NCBI GenBank assembly: GCA_965226205.1
Contig: CBDDCJ010000025.1
Coordinates: forward strand, 36,800-100,799
Source of the DNA: Opitutales bacterium
GTDB taxonomy: Bacteria; Verrucomicrobiota; Verrucomicrobiia; Opitutales; UBA2987
DNA length: 64,000 bases
Direction of reading: 5' to 3'
The translations under genes and the position numbers were made by a program. The notes beneath the pieces were generated by a model. It was not told the DNA's origin. It made no database searches and was given only the letters and a program-made list of their open reading frames with translations. Below, piece after piece: positions 39,430 through 50,167 of the stretch; position 1 is the stretch's first letter; each line of letters starts with the position of its first letter.

Positions 39430-40011
39430 ATGAATACAACTGAACTGGAGGGCATTTTGGAATTTCTTCGGCATGCCGAGAGACTCAAAGTCGTGACCCG
39501 CACTGCTTTTACCTCTGAAGGTGGCCGGGAGAGTGTGGCGGCGCACACTTGGCGTCTTTGCTTGATGTCGTTGGTCTTCGAGCAAAATTTTCCGGAAATC
39601 GACCATGCCAAATTGGTCAAGATGTGCATCATTCATGATCTCGGTGAAGCCATCGGGGGAGACATTCCAGCTATCGAGCAGGAGGCGGGAACAAGTAAAG
39701 CCCCAGAGGAAAGGAAGGACCTCCAAACCCTGCTCCAACTGCTGCCCGGGCGGGTGCAAAGGCCCATATTGGAGCTATGGGACGAGTATGAGGAGGCCGC
39801 CACTCCCGAGGCTAAACTAGCCAAAGGCCTTGATAAACTCGAAACGATATTGCAGCACAACCAGGGCAAAAATCCGCCCGATTTCGATTATCGCTTCAAT
39901 CTGGAATACGGAAAAAATTACACGTCCGGGCACCCCTTGATTACGGCGATCAGAACGATTCTGGATCGTGATACAGAAGCGCGCGCCAACGAGTCTGTCA
40001 AAAAAACCTGA
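39430..40011 (+). CDS. HD-domain phosphohydrolase (YfbR/HDDC2-like)
   Basis: ...ESVAAHTWRL...CIIHDLGEAIGGDIP... gives the H...HD...D metal-binding pattern. Length is 193 aa. Confidence 0.75.
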   Translation: MNTTELEGILEFLRHAERLKVVTRTAFTSEGGRESVAAHTWRLCLMSLVFEQNFPEIDHAKLVKMCIIHDLGEAIGGDIPAIEQEAGTSKAPEERKDLQTLLQLLPGRVQRPILELWDEYEEAATPEAKLAKGLDKLETILQHNQGKNPPDFDYRFNLEYGKNYTSGHPLITAIRTILDRDTEARANESVKKT

Positions 40012-40095
40012 AACGACCAAAAGAATTAGCTATTTTCCAATTCCGCTTGCGCTGCGGCTAATGAACCGCTGATTCATCTGAAGAGGCATTAAAAT

Positions 40096-40195
40096 ATGTA
40101 TGAAAAGAAATTCTCGGCCTGGAAAAAATGGACAAACAGAGAGGAGCTCGCCCACAAAAAATTTCCTGGAGTCTATGCCATTCTATATTCTGATC
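40096..40195 (+). pseudogene. GIY-YIG-like nuclease gene, 5' fragment (split by the IS4-family element)
   Basis: MYEKKFSAWKKWTNREELAHKKFPGVYAILYSD contains a GIY-type motif (GVYAI). It joins in frame to 41665-42041 after removal of the IS and one copy of the 9-bp duplication. Confidence 0.7.
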
Positions 40196-41655
40196 CAATA
40201 CCATCCCATAGGGGCGAGGCAAGCTTCGTAACCCATTGATAATCAATGTGAGTTTTTGACTTTTGGGGGAATCGAATTTTTGAAATTTTATCACATGTTT
40301 CTCTTTTATTGCTTTTGCCACCTTGTGCTGTCCCATAGGTTTTCAACCAAACCCAGGGAAATAGGCCTGCTGGGGAGTCGCTCGCATTCTAAAGCGTCCA
40401 CCGGCTGTCCCATAGAAATCGAGCAAGTCCCGCAGGTTAAAGCGATCCCAAAGCACGCCTCTGACAAGTGTGAACAGGCGGACAAAACTATGCTCCCAGC
40501 GGCTCAACCAGGCCTGGAACCGGAGCAGCACATAGAGCAGCAAAGCGCTCCAAATCTGCCAGCGCACGGCATTGGCGCTATGGCCGAGGAAATCGCACAA
40601 GTTGAGCGTTTGTTTGATCTGGCGGAAGAAGGTTTCAATGGACCAGCGGCAGCGATACAGTTCGCTGATCGTATGGGGCGACCACTGCAAATTATTAGTC
40701 AAAAATTCCATCACTCGCCACTGGCCATCAATCTCCACCCATGCCGTTACCCGGCGCATCGGTTGAGGGTAATCCTGACGGGATTTTTTGTTCTTAAGGA
40801 CCACCAGATCATCGCGCAAAATATTGCCCTTGGGCTTCTTGAGCAGCCTCTTGACACAGCGCAAGGCCATGTTCTCTTTGGCCCGGGTGACAAAGTAAAT
40901 GCCCCTCGATGACAAGTCAAAGAGGTGGGCCAAATCGATGTAGGCCTTGTCAAACAATACGATTTCACCGGCTTTGAGGGCGGCGCACATTTCACGGGCT
41001 CGTTTGGCGTCATTGTCCCTGGCCGTGTCGATGATGGCAAACCGGGGCAGAAAACTTTTCAAATCCAGGCGCAAGTGACATTTGGCAGCCGCCTTTCGCC
41101 GACGATGTTTAGCCCAATCCATGCAGTTGGCGACCAAACCGATAGTGGACGAATCGACGATGTTGATAACGCGTTTGAAACGTCGGGGAAACCCCTTGAA
41201 TTTACCACCCGCAAACCCCGGAGACAACGACTGCAAGTGCTTGAGCACCGACCAAAACAGTTCTCCCGACATCGCGGCATCGCGATGCTTGTTGGCGTAG
41301 GAAAGCCCGTTGCGACTGGGAGCGCTGGCCCCCCGGATACTGGCCAGCAACCCTCTGTGATGAGCGAGTCCGTCACAGACATCATTAAGCCCAATAGCAT
41401 GAGTGATCTGAGCATAGAGCAAACTAACGATATGGCTCCATGGACTGAAACTGCGAGCTTTCTTATCGACACCCTACTGGCGGGCCAACTTGGCCACCAG
41501 ATGTCCCGGAATAAAATTGCAAAGCTGTCGCAGAACGCACACCTTGCATTTGGCTGGATTTGCTTTTTGTTTTTTCATAGTAACCTGCTTCTAGTGAAAC
41601 AGGCGAACAAGAGCAATTCCAGCCGTTTTGCGTTATTTCCTATGGGATGCTATTG
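40196..41655 (-). mobile_element. IS4-family insertion sequence, 1,460 bp
   Basis: The terminal inverted repeats are CAATACCATCCCATAGG and CCTATGGGATGCTATTG, matching at 16 of 17 positions. A perfect 9-bp target duplication ATTCTGATC lies at 40187-40195 and 41656-41664. Confidence 0.9.
40343..41578 (-). pseudogene. IS4 family transposase with an in-frame TAG stop at codon 35
   Basis: From ATG 41578 the frame reads MKKQKANPAKCKVCVLRQLCNFIPGHLVAKLARQ, then TAG (41474-41476), then continues in frame as GVDKKARSFSPWSHIVSLLYAQITHAIGL... DDE motifs are present, including YRCRWSIETFFRQIK (Y-x2-R-x3-E-x6-K). The ORF track entry 40343-41422 starts at an internal TTG. Confidence 0.75.
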
Positions 41656-41664
41656 ATTCTGATC

Positions 41665-42452
<788 letters not shown>

Positions 42453-42475
42453 AAAAATACCGCTCTGGGATAACC

Positions 42476-45247
42476 TCAGCCTTCCTCCAATACGGCCTGG
42501 GCGGCGGCCAGCCGGGCCACGGGGACTCGTGGGGGGGAGCAGCTTACGTAATCGAGGCCCACGGCGTGGAAGAATTTGACCGAATCGGGGTCCCCCCCGT
42601 GTTCGCCGCAGATGCCTAGTTTTAGGTTCGGCTTGGCTGCCCGGCCTCGCTCGACTGCGATTTCCACCACACGGCCCACTCCGCCCAGGTCGAGGGAGGC
42701 GAAGGGATTGCGGGACAGGATTTCCATGTCCTGGTAAGTGGGCAGGAAACTGCCGGAGTCATCCCGGCTCATGCCCAGGGTGGTCTGGGTGAGGTCGTTG
42801 GTGCCGAAGCTGAAAAAGTCGGCCAATTGAGCGATTTCCCCCGCTTGCATGGCGGCCCGCGGGATTTCGATCATGGTGCCGACGAGGTATTTGATTTTCA
42901 CTTTTTTCTTTGCCTGCACCTCGGCCGCCACCCGGTGGATGATGGCCACCTGGTTTTTCAACTCTTCGGCAAATCCGACCAGCGGCACCATGATTTCCGG
43001 CTTCACCCGGATCGGAGTTTTACCCGATTGCACCTGCGCGGCCGCCTCGATGATGGCCCGGGCCTGCATCTCGGTGATTTCCGGGTAGCTGATGCCCAGG
43101 CGGCAGCCTCGGTGGCCCAGCATGGGGTTTTCTTCATGCAAAGCGCGCACCCGCTCCATGACGACTTCGGGGGAGATGCCCAGCTCCTGGGCCAAGGCCC
43201 GGCGGGAGGCGTCGTCCTGGGGCAAAAATTCGTGCAGGGGCGGGTCGAGCAGCCGGATGGTCACCGGGCGGCTGCCCATGGCCCGGAAGATACCGGCAAA
43301 GTCCCGCCGCTGCATGGGCAGGAGTTTTTTGAGGGCCGCTTTGCGCTCACTTTCATCGGTGGCCAGAATCATCTTGCGCATATGGGTTATGCGGTCGCCC
43401 TCGAAAAACATGTGTTCGGTGCGGCACAGGCCGATGCCTTGGGCCCCGAGGGCAACGGCTTGCCTTGCTTGCAGGGGCGAATCAGCGTTGGTACGTACCT
43501 GCAAACGGCGGTGTTTGTCGGCCCATTTCATGACTTTGTTGAAAAGCTGGTAGGTATAGCTTTTTTCCGGTTTCAGTTTGCCATCAAGCACCTGATTGAC
43601 TTCGGAGGGCGCGGTATCCACATGCCCGGCAAAAACTTCACCGGTGGTTCCGTCGAGGGAGATATTGTCCCCTTCGCGCAGGAGGGTTTTGCCCGCCTTG
43701 AGGGTGCGCGCGCCGTAGTCCATCTCAATGGCCTGGGCGCCGCAAACGCAGACCTTGCCCATCTGCCGGCCGACCAGGGCGGCATGCGAACTGACTCCCC
43801 CGCGAGAGGTGAGAATGCCTTCCGAGGCGATCATGCCCCGGAGGTCATCGGGGGAAGTTTCGATCCGGCATAAAACCACTTTTTCGCCCCGCTGGGCGCG
43901 CCACTCGGCCTGGCTGGCGGAAAAAACCACTTTGCCTGTGGCCGCCCCCGGACCAGCCGGAAGGCCGGTGGCGATCTTTTTGGCCAGACGGCGGGTTTTC
44001 TCGTCGAAAACCGGCACCAGAAGGCTGGAAATCGAGTCGGCGGGAATCTTGGTCAGCGCCGTTTTAACGTCCATGAGGCGCTCCTTGACCATTTCCACCG
44101 CTATGCGCACGGCGGCCAGGCCGGTGCGTTTGCCATGGCGGGTCTGGAGCATGTAAAGGGTTCCCTCCTCGACCGTAAACTCGAAGTCCTGCATGTCCCG
44201 GAAGTGTTTTTCGAGGATTTTGCGAATCTTTTCGAGTTCCCGGTGGGCTTCCGGCATTTCCCCGGCCAGCTCTACAATCGGTTTTGGGGTGCGAACCCCG
44301 GCCACGACATCCTCGCCCTGGGCGTTTATGAGGTACTCGCCGTAAAAGACTTTTTCGCCATTGGCCGGATCGCGGGTGAAGGCGACGCCGGTGGCGCAGC
44401 TTTCGCCCATGTTGCCGAAGACCATGGTCTGCACATTGACGGCCGTACCCCACTCGGCCGGGATATTGTATTTTTGCCGGTAAACGATGGCCCGCTCGTT
44501 CTGCCAGGAACTGAAAACCGCGCTGATGGAGCCCCAAAGTTGCTCGTAAACATCCTGCGGAAAACTTTTTTTCGTCCGTTGTTTAATGAGCTTCTGGTAT
44601 TTTTTAATCAGTTCTTGCAAATCTTTCGCCGTGAGATCGGCATCGTCAGTCACTTTGCGCTCCTCTTTGAGTTTCTCCAAAATTGCGTCGAAAGGCTCAT
44701 GGTCGGTATCGTGCCTCGGTTGGACGCCCATGACGACATCGCCATACATCTGGATAAAACGCCGGTAGCAATCGTAGGCAAACCGCGCATTGCCGGATTT
44801 TTCGGCCAGTCCGGCGACAGTTTCATCGTTCAAGCCGAGGTTGAGGATGGTGTCCATCATGCCAGGCATGGAATCGCGCGCCCCCGAGCGGACGGAAAAA
44901 AGGAGCGGATCCTTGGCATCGCCGAATTTTTTGCCCATTTGCTTTTCGACCGAGACGACAGACTGGCGCACGCCGGCATCCAGGCCATCCGGGTAAGTTT
45001 GTTTATTTTCGTAAAAATAGGCGCAGACATCGGTGGTGATAGTAAAACCGGGGGGCACCGGCAAACCGATGCGGGCCATTTCGGCCAGGTTGGCGCCCTT
45101 TCCGCCGAGGAGCGGTTTCATGCCGCTGTCTCCGTCCACTTTATTGCCAAAGGCGTAAATATATTTTTTCCGCCTCACGTTTTTCTTATTGCCGGCATTG
45201 CTGCGAGCTTTGCGGGCTGGTTTTTTGGCGCTTACTTTATTGGGCAT
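42476..45247 (-). CDS. ppdK: pyruvate, phosphate dikinase
   Basis: [12 protein letters not shown], the phosphohistidine loop [18 protein letters not shown], and the C-terminal PEP/pyruvate domain ([10 protein letters not shown]) are present. ATG 45247 gives a very basic ~27-aa N-terminal extension. A GTG at 45178 would give the canonical [11 protein letters not shown] start. The ORF track start at 45421 is unlikely. Confidence 0.95.
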   Translation of the reverse strand: MPNKVSAKKPARKARSNAGNKKNVRRKKYIYAFGNKVDGDSGMKPLLGGKGANLAEMARIGLPVPPGFTITTDVCAYFYENKQTYPDGLDAGVRQSVVSVEKQMGKKFGDAKDPLLFSVRSGARDSMPGMMDTILNLGLNDETVAGLAEKSGNARFAYDCYRRFIQMYGDVVMGVQPRHDTDHEPFDAILEKLKEERKVTDDADLTAKDLQELIKKYQKLIKQRTKKSFPQDVYEQLWGSISAVFSSWQNERAIVYRQKYNIPAEWGTAVNVQTMVFGNMGESCATGVAFTRDPANGEKVFYGEYLINAQGEDVVAGVRTPKPIVELAGEMPEAHRELEKIRKILEKHFRDMQDFEFTVEEGTLYMLQTRHGKRTGLAAVRIAVEMVKERLMDVKTALTKIPADSISSLLVPVFDEKTRRLAKKIATGLPAGPGAATGKVVFSASQAEWRAQRGEKVVLCRIETSPDDLRGMIASEGILTSRGGVSSHAALVGRQMGKVCVCGAQAIEMDYGARTLKAGKTLLREGDNISLDGTTGEVFAGHVDTAPSEVNQVLDGKLKPEKSYTYQLFNKVMKWADKHRRLQVRTNADSPLQARQAVALGAQGIGLCRTEHMFFEGDRITHMRKMILATDESERKAALKKLLPMQRRDFAGIFRAMGSRPVTIRLLDPPLHEFLPQDDASRRALAQELGISPEVVMERVRALHEENPMLGHRGCRLGISYPEITEMQARAIIEAAAQVQSGKTPIRVKPEIMVPLVGFAEELKNQVAIIHRVAAEVQAKKKVKIKYLVGTMIEIPRAAMQAGEIAQLADFFSFGTNDLTQTTLGMSRDDSGSFLPTYQDMEILSRNPFASLDLGGVGRVVEIAVERGRAAKPNLKLGICGEHGGDPDSVKFFHAVGLDYVSCSPPRVPVARLAAAQAVLEEG

Positions 45248-45487
45248 ACGGTTGGATTCGATATGACCGGCGAGACGACCCCGCACGGTTCTGTTGAAAT
45301 GTATTTTACTTTTTCGGAATAGGTTTCCATAGAAAAAAAAGACAGGAAAACCACTCGCCTCCCGCCTGTCAATGGAAAGGGCCACAGGTTGCCCTGCCCA
45401 AAAATAGAATATACTTTCCAAGATTGCGGCCTGCGTGTAGGAGAAGAGGTTTTAAAATTTCTATCTCAATTATCAATTTTTCATCGC

Positions 45488-46393
45488 ATGAAGGAATATA
45501 ACTCATCCTCCGGCCAGACACAGGAGCATGATAAGGTGGATTCCAGAACGGAAATGAGCTTCCTCGACCACCTTGAGGATTTGCGCGGCACCCTCTTACG
45601 CTGCATCATTTCTTTTATCGTCGCATGTTTGCTGGTTGTGGCATTCATGAAATATTTTGCCGACATGCTGAACTGGCCTTTGCAGTTTGCCCTCGGCGAT
45701 GATGTTGAATTGGTTGAGCGTCCGCCCATCTATTCCGGAGCAGTCACATCCATAGCCGCCCCCGATCCACTTACTCCCGCGCCCTCTGCGGGTGGAAGTC
45801 AAAAAAGGCAATTCGGGCTCATCACAACCAGCCCTATGGCCGTATTTTCGGTCATTCTGCAAGTCACCTTTCTCGGCGGCTTTGCCCTCTCGCTGCCTTT
45901 CATGCTCTATTTCGTATCGCGTTTTATCGTCCCCGGCTTGAACCCTCAGGAGAAGTCTATTCTAAGACCGGCCTGTATGGCGGCATTTTTGCTGTTTGCG
46001 TTTGGAGTATCGTTCAGTTATTTCGCGCTCGTTCCCGCCTCGCTCAAAGCCTCCATTTTTTTTAATGAGCTTTTCGGCTACCAGGTGCTTTGGTCGGCGG
46101 ATCGTTACTACGCCCTTTTGGTCTGGATGACGCTGGGTATCGGGATCAGTTTTCAGTTTCCCTTGGTTCTTGTAACCCTCGTCTATGTGGGCATCCTGGA
46201 TACCGTAAAACTGAAGGCATTTCGCCCCTACAGCATCGTTGTATTTTTAATCGTGGCGGCAGTCGTGACCCCGACCACCGATCCCATCACCTTCCTGTTG
46301 CTGTCCGTCCCGATGAGCATTCTTTACGAATTCGCCATACGGATTTCCCATCGGTTAGAGCGTAAAATCGGCCGCATACCCACCGCCCACTGA
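45488..46393 (+). CDS. tatC: twin-arginine translocase subunit TatC
   Basis: MSFLDHLEDLRGTLLRCII... is followed by six hydrophobic segments. It has a longer-than-usual first periplasmic loop. The start is either ATG 45488 or the Met of MSFLDH. Confidence 0.85.
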   Translation: MKEYNSSSGQTQEHDKVDSRTEMSFLDHLEDLRGTLLRCIISFIVACLLVVAFMKYFADMLNWPLQFALGDDVELVERPPIYSGAVTSIAAPDPLTPAPSAGGSQKRQFGLITTSPMAVFSVILQVTFLGGFALSLPFMLYFVSRFIVPGLNPQEKSILRPACMAAFLLFAFGVSFSYFALVPASLKASIFFNELFGYQVLWSADRYYALLVWMTLGIGISFQFPLVLVTLVYVGILDTVKLKAFRPYSIVVFLIVAAVVTPTTDPITFLLLSVPMSILYEFAIRISHRLERKIGRIPTAH

Positions 46394-46792
46394 CTACATT
46401 TTCTGACGGGTCACCGAGTCGCGCTTGTCCTCGTTGGTGATAATATAATAGACGAGGTCTTCAGAATCACTTGGGTTGCGCATGCGGTGAGAAACGCCGG
46501 GAGGCTGCACAAAACAATCGCCCGGGCCCACCTCGAAAGATTGCTCGTCGCGATAAACAACGCCCTGGCCGGATATTATGATATAAAATTCCGTCCAATG
46601 GGTATGGGTGTGCTGGTACCAGTTGTAACGACCCGGCGGCACGCCCACGTGCTCGATATCGAACGGCCATGAATCCTCCTCTGATGCTCCCAGCGCCTGC
46701 GAAAGCAAACGCCGATGGGTGTGAAAGCGCCCCTGGCCGAAAACACAGTTTTCAGCAGTAATTTCAGAAATGTTAATTTTTTCGACGCTCAT
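46394..46792 (-). CDS. cupin domain protein
   Basis: 132 aa with cupin-like motifs ...YQHTHTHWTEFYIIISG... and ...PGVSHRMRN... Confidence 0.65.
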   Translation of the reverse strand: MSVEKINISEITAENCVFGQGRFHTHRRLLSQALGASEEDSWPFDIEHVGVPPGRYNWYQHTHTHWTEFYIIISGQGVVYRDEQSFEVGPGDCFVQPPGVSHRMRNPSDSEDLVYYIITNEDKRDSVTRQKM

Positions 46793-46825
46793 GGGCCAAA
46801 ACGATGAGGCGGTTGCAGGTCCTAT

Positions 46826-47938
46826 TCAAGAAAGCGGTATCTGTTCGACGATTTCAAGGTCGTAACCGTCGAGGGCAACCACCCTGCGATTGTTGTTGGA
46901 AAGAAGGCGAATCTGTTTCAGCCCCAATTCGACCAGGATTTGCGCCCCGATCCCGTAATCGCGAATGTCCATGGCCGAGGGAGCAATATTGGGCAGCAAT
47001 TTCGTTCCCGGCTTGTCGGGCACATTAAGCCCGCCATGAGGTTTTTCCAGGTATAAAAGGACGCCCCGGTCTTCCGCCCGGATACGCGCCAAGGCCCTGT
47101 CCAGGTTTTGTCGGTTTGTGGATTCATCGGCCTGAAAAATATCACCCAGAAGGTATTCCGTTTGCACCCGCACCAGGGTGGGCTTTTCATCAATCGAGCC
47201 CCTCACCAGCGCCAGGTGGGTGTGCCGGTCCAGTTTATTGCGAAAGATATGCAATTGAAATTTTCCGTAAGCCGTATGGAAGGGCTGAGTTGCCACCAGT
47301 TCGACCAGTTTCTCCCTTTTGTGCCGGTATTCAATGAGGTCCGCAATGGAGATGAATTTGAGGCCGAATTTTTTTTTGAATTCTCTCAATTCCGGCAGTC
47401 GGGCACAGGTGCCGTCCGCGTTCAGGATCTCGCAAAGAACGCCGCTGGGATGCAAACCGGCCAAGGTGGCCAGATCGACGGCCGCCTCCGTATGGCCAGC
47501 TCTTTCCAGCACCCCTCCCGGTTTGGCCCGCAGGGGAAAAACATGGCCCGGCTGCACCAATTGGTCAGGGGTGGTCGATGGATCGGAGAGCAGGCGAATG
47601 GTGGCCGTGCGGTCATAGGCGCTGATGCCGGTCGCAATGCCTTCCGCGGCGTCCACCGATACGGTGAAATCGGTCCGGTGGGCCTCCCGGTTCTGCTGCA
47701 CCATGGGGTTTAAGCCGAGGCGTTTCAAATGATGCTCGACCGTGGGCACGCAAATGATGCCGCTGCAATAACGGATCATCATGTTGACCGCTTCGGGGGT
47801 TACCTTGGAGGCGGCCATGATGAGATCGCCCTCGTTTTCGCGGCTCTGGTCGTCGGTCACGATAACCAGCTTGCCCGCCGCAATGTCGGAAACGGCTGCT
47901 TCGACGGTATCAAGGGCAGTATCGGTATTAATGGTCAC
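46826..47938 (-). CDS. ribB: 3,4-dihydroxy-2-butanone-4-phosphate synthase fused to a degenerate GTP cyclohydrolase II-like domain
   Basis: The N-terminal half has DDQSRENEGDLIMAA and ...GHTEAAVDLA..., typical RibB. The C-terminal half aligns to RibA, but where RibA has ...HSECLTGD...SLRCDCG... this protein reads ...QTEYLLGDIFQADESTNRQ... Confidence 0.8.
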   Translation of the reverse strand: MTINTDTALDTVEAAVSDIAAGKLVIVTDDQSRENEGDLIMAASKVTPEAVNMMIRYCSGIICVPTVEHHLKRLGLNPMVQQNREAHRTDFTVSVDAAEGIATGISAYDRTATIRLLSDPSTTPDQLVQPGHVFPLRAKPGGVLERAGHTEAAVDLATLAGLHPSGVLCEILNADGTCARLPELREFKKKFGLKFISIADLIEYRHKREKLVELVATQPFHTAYGKFQLHIFRNKLDRHTHLALVRGSIDEKPTLVRVQTEYLLGDIFQADESTNRQNLDRALARIRAEDRGVLLYLEKPHGGLNVPDKPGTKLLPNIAPSAMDIRDYGIGAQILVELGLKQIRLLSNNNRRVVALDGYDLEIVEQIPLS

Positions 47939-47997
47939 GTCAATTAATTAAATGGAGTTCGCAAAATAAGCGGCTGGTTAAATGCAATCCTTCCTCA

Positions 47998-49515
47998 TTA
48001 GGGAATTAACCCTCTTTTAACAATAGTAAAATCAGATGCTGAAACCTCATTCATGGATGCGATACGGCCATTTTGAAGTCTTATGCAATGGGTCATGACG
48101 GAGGGAAAATCCTTCCAGTGATGGGAGGCCATGATTATTTGCCGGCCCGCGCGCCCCAATTGCTCCAGCAATTCGATGATTTCCTGGCGGGTCTGCCCGT
48201 CGAGCCCTTCCAGTGGTTCGTCGAGGAGCAGGAGAGACGGATTGGAGACCAATGCCCGTGCGAATAGGACTTTGCGCGCCTGACCGTAGGAAAGCTGTTC
48301 GAGCCGGGCATGGGAGAACTTTTCCAGGCCCAATCGCTTAAGTTCCGATCCCACCCGCCGCCATTTGGCGGGAGACATATTGCGGGCCAATCCCACCCCG
48401 CCGCTAAACCCGCTGGCCACGGCCTGTTTGACCTTCACATCCGCCCGCATGCGTACTTGCAGGTCCACCGAGATGCAGGACATGCGCCTGCGGGCTTCCC
48501 GCACGGACTGTGAGATTCCATCGCAACGGCGTTCGACTTCTCCACCCAAGGCACAGGTGACATCACCGTAGAGCAAGCGCAGCAAGACGCTTTTACCGGC
48601 TCCGTTGGGACCGGCCACGGCCCAATTTTCGCCGGGCTTGATTTGCCAGTCGATCCTCTTGAGGATTTTTTGCAAAACTCCGGTTTTTCCATCCAAATAA
48701 ATGTCGGCTTTGATAACCCGGATTTCCATGCATGAAATGTTTTTTTCGGGGGGACGCCGGTTTGATTTATTGACAATGAGCTTGCCGGACAGCTTTGGGG
48801 GCTGTTTGCCGATGGCTCCCCGGCGGACGATACGGCCATTGATCAGGTGGGCGAAATGCGTTAAAGAGGAGGGAATTTCTTCCCTGCGATGGGCCGTCAG
48901 GATAACTTGGGCGTGACCCTGTCTCATTATACGGTCGATGAGGGCCAGCAGGCTGGTTCGCGAGGAGGCGTCGAGGCCGTGGCAAAATTCATCCAGCAGA
49001 AGGAGCCTGGGACCGCTGGCCAGAGCCCGGGCGAGGAGAATTTTCCGCAATTCCCCGTGGGACATGTGGTGGTAATTCATGCCCGCCAATTTTTTCAGGC
49101 CCAGCCTTGCAATGAGCACGCGAGCCTCCCTCATTTGGGCTTCGGAAGGCCGCTCATAAAGAAGCCCGGTTCCGGCAAAACCCGTCAGTATAATTTCCTC
49201 GCCAGTCAATTCCCAATCCTGCCGCAGGTATTGCTGCTGCCCCTCGGCCGAAAGGCTGGCAATCTGCCTTTCCAGTCCCACAGGGCTCTCAGACGCCGCG
49301 TCTTCAAAATGATAAATTCGTTTTCCGCGGCTTTGCGGGGACGGCCAGAGCTGACCCCCGATGACCCGTAAAAGGGTTGTTTTGCCGCCGCCATTGGGCC
49401 CGAAAATCAGCCAGTTCTCCCCCCGGCGCAAGCACCATGACAGGTTCCGCAAGATGATTGCCCCATCGAGGGCAACATCGATATGATTGAGTTCGAGCAA
49501 GACTTTGGGCGGCAT
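47998..49515 (-). CDS. ABC ATPase with two nucleotide-binding domains (ModF-like)
   Basis: Two Walker A motifs (GPNGGGKTT, GPNGAGKS), two signature motifs (MSHGELRK, LSYGQARK) and two Walker B motifs (LLLDE) are present. No adjacent permease gene is present. Confidence 0.8.
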   Translation of the reverse strand: MPPKVLLELNHIDVALDGAIILRNLSWCLRRGENWLIFGPNGGGKTTLLRVIGGQLWPSPQSRGKRIYHFEDAASESPVGLERQIASLSAEGQQQYLRQDWELTGEEIILTGFAGTGLLYERPSEAQMREARVLIARLGLKKLAGMNYHHMSHGELRKILLARALASGPRLLLLDEFCHGLDASSRTSLLALIDRIMRQGHAQVILTAHRREEIPSSLTHFAHLINGRIVRRGAIGKQPPKLSGKLIVNKSNRRPPEKNISCMEIRVIKADIYLDGKTGVLQKILKRIDWQIKPGENWAVAGPNGAGKSVLLRLLYGDVTCALGGEVERRCDGISQSVREARRRMSCISVDLQVRMRADVKVKQAVASGFSGGVGLARNMSPAKWRRVGSELKRLGLEKFSHARLEQLSYGQARKVLFARALVSNPSLLLLDEPLEGLDGQTRQEIIELLEQLGRAGRQIIMASHHWKDFPSVMTHCIRLQNGRIASMNEVSASDFTIVKRGLIP

Positions 49516-49573
49516 GAAGGAACATCAAATTGCTTTTTGCCAAGGCGGGGCAAATTGTTTTTTAATCAATAGG

Positions 49574-50167
49574 ATGACATTACAAGAATCATCGGCGGAG
49601 TTTTGGGAAGCTCGCTACCGAGAAGGCGACACCCCTTGGGAAAAGGGGTTCGGGGCCCCGCCCTTGGCTGAATATTTGGAGCGCTCATCGTTTTCCGGGC
49701 GCGTTCTAGTGCCGGGCTGTGGACATGGCCACGATGTCCGCCTGCTGGCGCGAGCAGGGGGCCAACCTTTGGGCCTGGACATGTCTCCAATCGCATTGGC
49801 CAAAGCCAGGGAATATCCACTTGCAGGGCAAGAAGCCTACCTGGTGGGCGACTTCTTTCAATTTGAGGTGGAACTTCAAGGATCCTTTGACGGAGTTTTC
49901 GAGCATACATGCCTGTGCGCCATAGACCCCGCCCGGCGGCCGGAATATGCCCGGGCCGTCGTCGATGCCCTCAAAGCCGGGGGCGCGCTGTTGGCCATTT
50001 TTTTTGTCGAAATCGAAGATCCGGAAGGTCCGCCCCACCCGATCTCAAGTGCTGAGATCGACCAGCTATTTCATCCTTATTTTGAGACCGTGGAGCAATG
50101 GCTGCCGGGTAAATCCTTTCCCGGACGGAAGGGCCGGGAGCAAATGCGCCTGATGCGGAAACGATGA
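49574..50167 (+). CDS. SAM-dependent methyltransferase (TPMT-like)
   Basis: FWEARYREGDTPWE... and the motif I sequence VLVPGCGHGHD are present. The start is placed at ATG 49574; the ORF track start at 49487 overlaps the divergent ABC gene. Confidence 0.7.
   Translation: MTLQESSAEFWEARYREGDTPWEKGFGAPPLAEYLERSSFSGRVLVPGCGHGHDVRLLARAGGQPLGLDMSPIALAKAREYPLAGQEAYLVGDFFQFEVELQGSFDGVFEHTCLCAIDPARRPEYARAVVDALKAGGALLAIFFVEIEDPEGPPHPISSAEIDQLFHPYFETVEQWLPGKSFPGRKGREQMRLMRKR

Noticed and set aside
41474-41476. TAG in the IS4 transposase as programmed recoding or an alternative genetic code
   Set aside because: TAG is used as an ordinary stop elsewhere in the window, for example at the DUF2911 gene. 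A simple nonsense mutation in a mobile element is far more likely.
42827-45322. Long plus-strand ORFs (348 aa and 395 aa) inside ppdK
   Set aside because: They are antisense to an unmistakable pyruvate phosphate dikinase gene. They have low-complexity composition and no family resemblance.
45248-45421. 58-codon upstream extension of ppdK
   Set aside because: The extension is not PPDK-like and overlaps the divergent tatC promoter region. The conserved N-terminus (KKYIYAFG) begins soon after ATG 45247 or GTG 45178.
47939-47997. Possible FMN riboswitch upstream of the ribB-like gene
   Set aside because: Only about 59 bp separate it from the upstream ABC gene, which is far too short for an FMN aptamer. 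No conserved FMN-element sequence is visible.
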